The translations under genes and the position numbers were made by a program. Of a stretch of 64,000 bases of DNA, positions 54,386 through 64,000 are shown piece by piece. Below the pieces are notes generated by a model. It was not told where the DNA came from and ran no database searches. It saw only the letters and a program-made list of their open reading frames with translations. The stretch is from Mytilus edulis (Eukaryota). The stretch covers positions 68,200,001 through 68,264,000 of the forward strand of contig NC_092350.1 of NCBI RefSeq assembly GCF_963676685.1. Direction: 5' to 3'. The first letter of the stretch is position 1; each line of letters begins with the position of its first letter.

Positions 54386-54733
54386 TCCGGGTTACAAACT
54401 AAACTTGCGGGAAACAAATCAATATAAGAGGAGAACTACGTCACACCTGAAACACTATTCTTAAATGTCACACAAACACAGAAATGAACTACAATATAAC
54501 ACTGGTCATTTTCCTGATTAGGTACAGGACATTCTAAGAAAAAAATAATGGGTTGAACTTGGTTTTTCGGCTAGCCAAATATCTCGCTTTTATTGCGATG
54601 TTAAATATATTATTAAATTGACAACATTACATGACAGGACAACAGTACAAATAAATGCAAGAACATTCGGGACAAAGAAATACAGAAAAAAACCCAGAAA
54701 AAAACATTACAGTACGATATTTCGACATGCTAA

Positions 54734-55012
54734 TAGTTATCAGAGGAACCAGGCTCATAAATTAATACACCATACGTGCGTTTCGTCTACATAAGAATCA
54801 CCAGTGAAGCTCAGATCAATAGAGAAAAAAAAAAGCCAAACAAGTACAAATTTTTGGTGACCCAAATTTCTAGTGGCACCTTAGGTTATCTGTGCCTGGG
54901 ATGAGTTAATCCTTAGTGTTTAGAATAGTTCTAACTTTTGCAAACCATAAAATTATAAAAAATGACCATATACATGTAACTGATGTTCATGTCAACACGG
55001 AAGTAGTGACTT
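54734..55012 (-). repeat. Degenerate hammerhead-repeat copy (longer fragment)
   Basis: Reverse complement CTGGTGATTCTTATGTAGACGAAACGCACGTATGGTGTA with the same flanks; core mutated. Confidence 0.7.
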
Positions 55013-55315
55013 ATTACATAATAAAAAAAAAACACGTAAAACAAAAAACGATGGCACATAAAACAGTGTAAAAAACCTTGCATTGTCACCTACAGAGTAT
55101 GGCTTCGCTTCAAATTGACGTCACATTTAAAAGTGTCGTCACGTTAATTTTCGAAAAATATTGATTTAGTTCAAAATCAGGTTTGTAATTATGGCATTTA
55201 ATATATAATACAACAATTGCAATTTAAATACCATAGAAATGTGTTAGCAACAAGATAATTAGTAGTATTATCTAGTCATGAACACTGATGTAGGTATTAA
55301 TTTTATAGATAAAAC

Positions 55316-55520
55316 AGATAATACGTGCGGCAGTATTATTTGGGCTTGTTTGTCTTTCCAACTTGTTAGAACTAAATCGCATTGTTTTGTCGTAATGTTT
55401 ACTTCTCCAAAATTTGTGAAATCAATTGGTAAATCTTGCAAAGCGGCATTGGCATTGTAATATAGTTCGCGTTCTTTAAAGTTTTCGATGTTAATCACCG
55501 ACTGGAGGAATTTGTCTTTG
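55316..55520 (-). repeat. Inverted copy of 55822-56026 (internal part of the TRIM-like relic)
   Basis: Reverse complement aligns with only scattered substitutions; the ORF track shows the near-identical peptides INIENFKERELYYNANAALQDLPIDF and INSENFKERELYYNANSALQDLPIDI on opposite strands. Confidence 0.95.
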
Positions 55521-55564
55521 AAGTATACGTTAAGTTGCCCGAAACTATAATCTCCTCGAATCTC

Positions 55565-56808
55565 TGCAAATCGAACAGGATATCAAACAAACCAGGATTA
55601 CAATAAACAATCATTTATACATCATACAAGAGGACTTTATAAAAAAGTTAAATGCAACCGAAGTAATTGAAAGTAAAAGAATTAGGGAACTACTGTATTT
55701 ATTGGAGGAAAATGAACGAAAAATAAATGAATAACGAACAACCATTGAAAAATATCAAGCAATTCGCTACAGATCTTCAGACATTTATCTTCATGAAGGA
55801 GGTAGAATAAAAAGTCTCAAGCAAAGACAAATTCCTCCAGTCGGTGATTAACAGCGAAAACTTTAAAGAACGCGAACTATATTACAATGCCAATTCCGCT
55901 TTGCAAGATTTACCAATTGATATCACAAATTTTGGAGAAGTAAAAATTACGAAAAAACAATGCGATTTAGTTCTAACAAGTTTGAAACACAAACAAGCCC
56001 AAATAATACTGCCGCACGTCTTATCCGAGTCATTCTCAATACCCAGTTTGGAGCTGTTTCAAAATATTAGTACCATAGGATCTTACATAAGAGGCTGTTG
56101 TTTGTTACCAGATGGCAAAATGACATTTGCGTCTGATTTAGGTATTTTAAAGCTGTAAGAGTATTCAACTTCAACGGCACCAAGGACTTCGAAGTGAACA
56201 TGCCAACATTTGCATTCGACATAGCGTATATCAGTCACGACAACACACTTGCTGTAACATCGGGAGATTCAGGTACGAAATGTATAGCAATCATCGACAT
56301 ACAATACAAACAAATCCAGAAAATAATACCAGTTGATTCGTATTATTACGGCATAGCAGTGACAGACAACAAATTAATTTGTTCTACAGCAGGAAAAGGA
56401 ATTCAACTGATAAATCCGCACAAAAACTCAATATTTGATATTGTCTGCGAAGAAATACCGGCGTGCTGCTACGTGGCAACATTTGGTGACAAAATATACC
56501 ATACAAATAACCAATTAAACACTGTTACATGTTTTGACCTACAAGGAGTAGTGAAATGGACATTTAAGAATAATAGCGTCCTAAGGTTTACATGTGGTAT
56601 ATCAGTAGACAAAGATAGTAAAGTGTACGTAGTCGGGAACTCATCAAACAATGTAATAGTTATATCATCTGATGGACATAAATACAAAAAGATATTACAA
56701 ACTAGGGGTGATCTTTCCAGTCCTTTTTCACTTGATTATAACAGAAGTATTAATCAGCTACTAGTTTCGGATTTTGATACGAAGGCAATGATTTTTACCT
56801 TGATTTGA
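55565..56808 (+). pseudogene. TRIM-like coiled-coil + NHL-type beta-propeller pseudogene, 5'-truncated
   Basis: IEQDIKQTRITINNHL..IKQFATDLQTF coiled coil with in-frame stops and a frameshift; second frameshift near 56140-56150; C-terminal 204-aa propeller ORF (GIAVTDNKLI, GISVDKDSKVYVVGNSSNNVIVISSDG). No B-box visible. Confidence 0.8.
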
Positions 56809-57987
56809 ATATTGACCATTTAACATTACTTTACATTAAAAAAAAAAAGACCGCCAAATAATTTTATTTACCCCACTGATGTTGTTATAGAAAAATGGTA
56901 TCTTTATTGTTATATTTTTTGAAATATTTTTGTATTTTTTCGCGTGATTAATGATGTTCTCATACCAAGAAACATAGATTGGTTAACCTAAACAGTTTCA
57001 ATTTAAAACTTGAAAAAACAATAATGATAATATATAGTAATTATATTATGTATATCATGCAATTTTGTTTGAAACAAATAAAAGCTGTTAACCACCATTA
57101 CCCCTTTCTATGATTTGAAAAAATAATGTCTACTGTAAGAGGATTCGATAATAATTCTCATATGTATATACTTGCATATATAATATACTTGTATGCAATT
57201 ATTTTACTGTTAAAGGGTTTCTTTAATAAAGTGTATACGACCGGAGTCCTTATCTTGTTAATATATCAAGAAATCTAGGTATCAGAAGACTGGATTAATA
57301 TACTACGGAATGTTACTGTTTGTAATACTATTGTATTCAATTTAATAACTACAAAATGATGTGTGAGTTTTACATCAATGTGATAGAAACCGAAACTACA
57401 AGCAAGATAAAGGTCAACATACAAAATTCAACATACATGTAACTCATATTGTTTATGTTATTTGTATGCGCTTGGAGAATAATAATACTAATGTCGATTC
57501 AGATATATGATATATTTGGTAAACGTTCCAGATTAATGGAGATAAATGTAATTATCATATATTTAGTACAAGTATAGCAATTTTGTATATCTAATAAAGG
57601 TTCTTTTTTTCCAGTCTGTATCACCTACCCTGTAACGCATACGCCGTATCGCATAGCTAATCCAGTATCGCATACCCCGTATCGCATGACAAAACCCGTA
57701 TCGCATACCTAGCGTGACGTCATAATTTGAATGACGTCAACGTATGACCTATGACGTCCAGTTTCTGTATTTCCTGGCAAAGGGAAAAAATGTGTTCTCA
57801 CTGAAAATAAATGTCCAATCATTTCAACTAAAAACGATATTTTTCAAAATAATATTACCCAGAAACTTTACCAATGATTTTCTTAAAATAGACACTTTAA
57901 GATGTAAAAGTATCTGAAGATTTATCGTGTATTTGGTCATAATATTACGTGAAGTTTGTTTTCATTACCTGATGGGCTAAACTCAAA

Positions 57988-58420
57988 TGATTGATTGATT
58001 GATTGTTGGTTGCCTAACGTCCAATGGTAAATATTTCATGCATGTTCAGGACGAGGACAAATTAACAATAAATATAATAGGTAGGTCTTGTCATAATAGA
58101 GGCCATTCGGGATCATGGTCGAGAAAATTTGTACTGCCACTGAAAAATAAGGGTATATTGGAAAGGGAAAGACATTTTGTCTTGCAGCATGCTACCTACG
58201 GATCCCCCAAAGAGTTGTTGCATGGGGTTTTAACGTACAAAAACGTGGTACTCTCTTTAGACGAGGCATCGAATTTAACGTCCCCATTCTGACCGGACTT
58301 GACTGCGAACTTCATACACCCTGCACAGCCAAACGGACGCCCCACTTTAGCAAGCGTTTTACTGCCAATCGGGAGAAGACCAAGTTACCATATTTCGTGT
58401 CCCTAAGTCACCCTTGGGGG
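57988..58420 (-). mobile_element. SINE-like element with (CAAT)n tail
   Basis: (TTGA)n at the left end, GC-richer body with GGGGACGTTAAA and ACGTTAAAACCCC motifs; adjacent to a cgtatcgcat-repeat element at ~57625-57760. Confidence 0.55.
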
Positions 58421-60549
58421 TTAACACAAATGCAAATGTTTACGACTTCAATTTAGTTAGAAAAGATAGCCACACTTTTTCAAGAAATATTTTTCTTGGT
58501 GTTATCTCGTCAGAAAAATAAAATTATTATGAATAATAACATCGTCAAATAAACAATAACATTTATTGATTGAAGGTGAAATGAGAGGACAGTATCGTTA
58601 GTGGATACATTTTACATGGTCTTAAATGTATATTAAGAAATTCAATGTAATAAGGTTATAGGGGACATTACAATGTGGATATTATGCAGATATGGAAGTC
58701 TATACAGGGAAAATACAGGAAAATCAAAATATTTTTTTCTTGCTTATAATTTTGGAACATTTGAAAAACATAAAGATTCCACGAATCTGATTCTATTGAA
58801 ATATATGATAAACAGAATAATACATGCTGTATCACCACTCGGCCAATATTAGCCCACGGATTTTGCCATGTATTATTCTATATATATTATCGGTAAACAC
58901 GATGAATAGAGTAACTGTTACCTGGAATGTGTTTAATTTTCATTGAATTGTGTATATTGTATGAAAAGAAACATACGAAAAAAGAATATATCGAGATTGC
59001 AAGCTTAGTAATGTTTAACGACGAATTAGTTGTTGTTCTATGCATTGACCTAGTTCAGCATTATAACGTTTAATTTTAGCTTAATCTACAATTGCTGTAT
59101 ACACATATCACATCTCACGATTGACAAAAAAATGTAATATCTGTATCTATATTCTTTAATTCAATCAGCATGTGTTAGTATCCCCTTAATCTGAACCAAA
59201 AAAAACACAATTTTTCAAAATATTTCCTCTGTCCTTAAATAATAAGAAGTACACTTATGTCAATTGAAAATTACTATTATAAATTAGGCTAAATATGGTT
59301 TATAAGTCGCATAAAAAAACATAGTTCTAGGGATTCTAACATCTGTTTTTTTGTTAACTGTCTATCATTACTTTAAAAAAAAACGACGTGCGTTTGTTTT
59401 ATTTCACTCTGAAATTCGTAATCTAAGTGTTTGCTCCACTTCTGAGTTTATGCTACTAATTTAAGGCAAGTGGTTTATTTATTTGTTGGTTTGTCTCTGT
59501 ATCTACGAATCAAAGATGTTATGCATCATGCATTCTCTACGGATCACCTTAGCTGCATTATTCACTGCAAGGGTTTTTGTATCTGAAAATGAAAAATTAA
59601 GCTATTTAGAAAAAAATACTACCACAAGCGTCTGATTACTAAGACGATGCCTTCTTATCTTCTTCTTATTCATCTTATATTTATAGAGTGGTACAAACTT
59701 CTTCAAATACAGTGAAACCTGTTTAAACAGATCCTTGACTAGAGTAAAGATTTTGTTCGGTTTTAACAGAGGTTCGGTTTAATCAGATTTACAAGCATTA
59801 GGTTTGATATGCGTGGACTGAAGAATATGTAAAAGAACGAGGCGGAAGATATCAAATAGACATTTTTAAACTCGTTGATCGATGAAAGGCTGGTACATAC
59901 ATTGCAATTAAAGAAAGACCACTTTTATACTGTCATCACAAACACTACAAACATATTTTGAGGATCTCTTGCGATCCGGAAAGGTTTCAAGATTGAGCTC
60001 AGCTAGTTAGACTTATTATGTTGGTCAAAATAAATACAAACTCGGTTAACATAACGTCCATTTTCAAACCTTTTATGAAAGATTGCCATTATTCTATTAT
60101 AAACAGATATTGTTTATGTAATTCTTTGAATGCAATTATGGGAGTGCAGTAGCCTGTAAATGTTCGAATTATAACAATAATTATTCAAATATGCCGTACC
60201 ACGTGATCTCAAACTTACACAAAGTGCAACAGAAGAATACGTTAAATGGACTACATTTTCGGTCCAGATGCTCATTTCGACCTTACATGTTACTATGGTG
60301 ATATTATAGCTTATTAAATTGTAAAGTCAAATACATCGAATACCAATAAATAATTAAAAGTAAAATGTTGTCGATCAAATATTAAACGAAATAACTTTAT
60401 GTTGAAAATTTAAACTACGATATCATTGTAAATGTCAATAAGAGCATCATTTTTTTATGAAATGACGAAATGCATTAAATTCTAATTTTGAATACTTAAA
60501 CATAACATTAACAAACATAATATTAACATTAGTTTTTAAAGACAGTCTA

Positions 60550-60740
60550 ACCCTTCCGGAGCACCTGAGATCACCCCTAGTTTTTGGTGGGGTTCGTGTT
60601 GTTTATTCTTTAGTTTTCTATGTTGTGTCATGTGTACTCTTGTTTTTCTGTTTGTCTTTTTCATTTTTAGCCATGGCTTTGTCAGTTTGTTTTAGATTTA
60701 TGAGTTTGACTGTCCCTTTGGTATCTTTCGTCCCTCTTTT
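60550..60740 (+). mobile_element. Young copy of the same retroelement 3' tail
   Basis: Near-exact reverse complement of ~6923-7112. Confidence 0.85.
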
Positions 60741-61120
60741 TTTAATCTCATCAAGTCTTTGATAACGCCCTATAACAACACAAAAGCACAGACCAAATAA
60801 AGTTATCGTTAACTAAAAGAATTGATACGTACTTGACCTAGTTATACTGAACCTGCCAACTGACAAAACCATGTCACAAGCTGTCAATCAGAGTATATAT
60901 TATAACTACCAATGGCTTTTGTGATATGTTCACAGCTGTAGTGTATTTTATTGAAATATACAAAAAGGACATATTGTTATTGGTTACTGTAAATTGGGCG
61001 ATGGCTTATCTTGATCGAATACGAAACGATTGAATATATTATTATCTTTATAAATATCACGAACAGTATGTGAGTATGTTATATTGTTGATTATTACATA
61101 TTTTTTTAAGGGAAGCGCAT

Positions 61121-61248
61121 TTGAATTTCATTGTACCTATTCCGGATCACTCGAATTTCATTGTAACTATTCCGGATGACTCGAATTTTATGGAAATTAT
61201 TCCGGATGACTCGCATTTCATTGTAACTCTTCCGGGTTACTGGAATTC
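61121..61248. repeat. 30-bp tandem repeat (~4 units)
   Basis: TCGAATTTCATTGTAACTATTCCGGATGAC repeated. Confidence 0.9.
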
Positions 61249-63176
61249 AATCGCGATGATTACGTGATGGCTTTTATTGAGCCTTGTTTGTTCGAATATT
61301 CATAGTTGAACCTCGTTGTGCCAAACTCGGATGTGTCGAAAACTCGAATAACTGCAACTAAATTATCGGCTCCTGAAAAATTCTACTATGATAGACATGG
61401 TAAATGCATCTATTTGTTCATGTCTCTTCATTAAATCTTGTAATTATTTTCCGTTGTTTCAAGTTTCACATGCGCAATTTCAATATTCCATATATAAATT
61501 ATTTATGCGTCATTTCATTTGTCATATCGAAAGATATATCTTTTGAGACTAATTCATTCTATACGCTATATGAAAACATCAATGTATCAATTAAATCATC
61601 ATATAAATAATGAAGTAGTGTTTTCTAACGTAGATTGGATGCTGTTAACATCGAATATAACATCACATTCTTGTTCGTATCAGAGGTCGCAATTTGCTCA
61701 TTTTCAGTTTTCATCTTCCTACCAATCCTATGCATTTTGGTTATGAGTCTTTAGTGTATTAACGTCTATCCATAAATACATTGGTGATATATATTGAAAT
61801 AAGATATATGATTGTATTATTTACGTACTTATGTTAATTGAATTTTTATTTGTTTCAGGCAGCGCTACATGTATCTTTTCCTTGAATTTTTGACAGAAAA
61901 TACATCAAAAACAACAATATATAAAATATGTTAAGCAGATGTAAAGCAAAATAAACATATTTTACTAACTGAAATTTGATTTTACAACAGAATTAATATT
62001 TTAGTCATAAAAAGTGATAGTTAAGATTACTTATATAAAGAGAAATATAAAAATACTTACCGAATGTAGAAGTAAACACTTATGTAGTTGACTTTCATTG
62101 AGACCACCTGTAATTTAACTTACTCTACTGTTTTAATGATGCCTGATCGTTATCAAAAAGGTGGTGCCTTATATCAAAACACGACCACAATACTGTTGTA
62201 TTTGTTTCGAATTAATATTAAATTTATCTAATATAAGGAAGTCAAACTGTGAAAAAATATATTAACATAAAGTTACCTCAGGAATTTGATGTACAGTAGT
62301 TGTCGTCTGTTTATGTAGTTCATACGTATTTTTCGTTTCTCCGTTTTAAATAAATAAGACCGTTGGGTTTTCCGTTTGAATGGTTTAACTTTTATAAATT
62401 GTTACTAGAATGGAGAGTTGTCTCATTGGCACTCATACCACATCTTCCTATATCTATTAAAAGATATTAGGTAAGTGCTTTGATACGAATACATAATTTC
62501 AATGGTGTAAGATGTTGCAAAATATGAAATCGTCATCATTCCAATAGCTAAGGAAGGTAAAGTAAAATACAAAATCCCATACTGTAAAAATAATTAAAAG
62601 CTTGTGAACATATGGAGTATAATAACAAAGCAGCAAGCAATCCTCAAGTTAAACATTAATATAGGAAAGATAAAGCTATTAGTACAACGCACATTAAATC
62701 TTAATCAAAACACATACATAAGTTTGATAATTGTGTATCATCCTATATTAACTAATTTATACACTGATAAATAAAAACAAAATTGCGATTGGTGCAATTG
62801 TTTAAATTTCTTTGTTTTTTTTGTGGCTGCTATTGCCATTTATCCAAAATATTACACTTTCCGGAACTGAAATATTAGAATGTTTTACTACAGACTTCAA
62901 CACTGTAGTTCTATGTTTATACACATGCACCTAATTTTGTAAGACTGTTATTTGAACATTTATCTTTTTTTTCTTTTCTTTTTGTTAATTTTTAGTTTTG
63001 CATGTCTATCTTGGACTACAAGTTTTTGTTTGCATTGTCATTTATTGTTCTCGTTGATATGGTTGTTTTATTTTACAAATGTGACACAATCAATTAGTGT
63101 TGATTAAAAAGGCATGCATTTTTCAACTTCTGATATTGATTACAATTGTAAGTCGTATTGTGTGGTCATTAAATAC

Positions 63177-63440
63177 CTGGTGATTCAAACACATATATAC
63201 TATCAATCCTATGGTCTGCCGTAAATAGAACAGTCGGTGTGGATCCTTGAGATTTATTCATCATAATTAACTGCTTGTTATTATCAGCATAGTAAATGTA
63301 ATCACCCGATACACCTATAGCACGGTAGTCATAAGAAGGAAAATTTGTTGAAACGATTGTTTTAATATCAGAACCATCCACATTAACTGATTTTAAATCA
63401 CCATAGTAATTCATCCAATACACTCTTTGTTCAGTCACGT
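63177..63440 (-). CDS. YWTD beta-propeller protein, gene C, exon 5 (upstream exons lie beyond the window)
   Basis: tttag acceptor; DVTEQRVYWMNYYGDLKSVNVDGSDIKTIVSTNFPSYDYRAIGVSGDYIYYADNNKQLIMMNKSQGSTPTVLFTADHRIDSIYVFESP. Confidence 0.9.
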
Positions 63441-64000
63441 CTAAAAATATTTAAATAGTTGATAAACATGTTACATGTGTAAAAACATGTAAAAATATAA
63501 TGTATTCATAAATTAACAATATTTATGGTCCGCTAAAGTCAAAATAACAACTAACACATATTATGATGATGCAGGCCATAGATGTGACAGTTTATGTTTC
63601 AAAATCAATCATATCAAAACATACATGTATAAAATTTGCATACACTACAATTATAAGTACAAATTATGAATTTAAATATACAATACCATCATTACAGTCA
63701 TGACAGTCTGAACCAATGAGCATATTATGTAATAAATGAAAAGACAAATGTCATCAATTATTGAAATTGAATTTTTTGAAAAGTCAATCAATTTAGAGTT
63801 ATCTCCCCTTGACTATAAATTTGTTAATAATAGTGTAACATTTCAACTTTTGGGAGCAGATACCGCCATGACGTATGAAGCTCTTATGGAGCTGAACACG
63901 CTGCCCTAAAGTAAACCTGCATCATCTATCATCCTACTTATGCAAATGATAAAACGTACGATCTATATACAGACATTGAGTCCCTCGAAAGTCCTATCCT

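Overview
AT-rich, repeat-dense eukaryotic DNA with spliceosomal GT-AG genes and one assembly gap. The repeat and gene families suggest a bivalve mollusc, probably Mytilus (inference). Main content: (1) a minus-strand tandem cluster of three paralogous genes for small secreted single YWTD/LDLR class B beta-propeller proteins. Gene A (20681->~570) adds one EGF domain, gene B spans 50921->~38912, and only the last propeller exon of gene C (63440-63177) is in the window. Exons were reconstructed by hand with consistent phases. (2) A Gly/Tyr/Arg-rich protein gene with signal peptide and hydrophobic C-terminus (CDS 26718->25598) and a duplicated promoter/first-exon module. (3) Two pseudogenes: B3GALT6 inside an intron of gene B, and a coiled-coil/NHL-like TRIM-type relic carrying a ~200-bp inverted duplication. 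(4) Many mobile elements: CACTA and Tc1/pogo non-autonomous elements, Helentron-type HINEs, a decayed L1/Tx1 LINE, SINEs, Penelope-like 3' fragments, and a dispersed repeat carrying type I hammerhead ribozymes, one apparently intact. Most ORFs in the supplied track are spurious. Coordinates were counted by eye and repeat boundaries are approximate.
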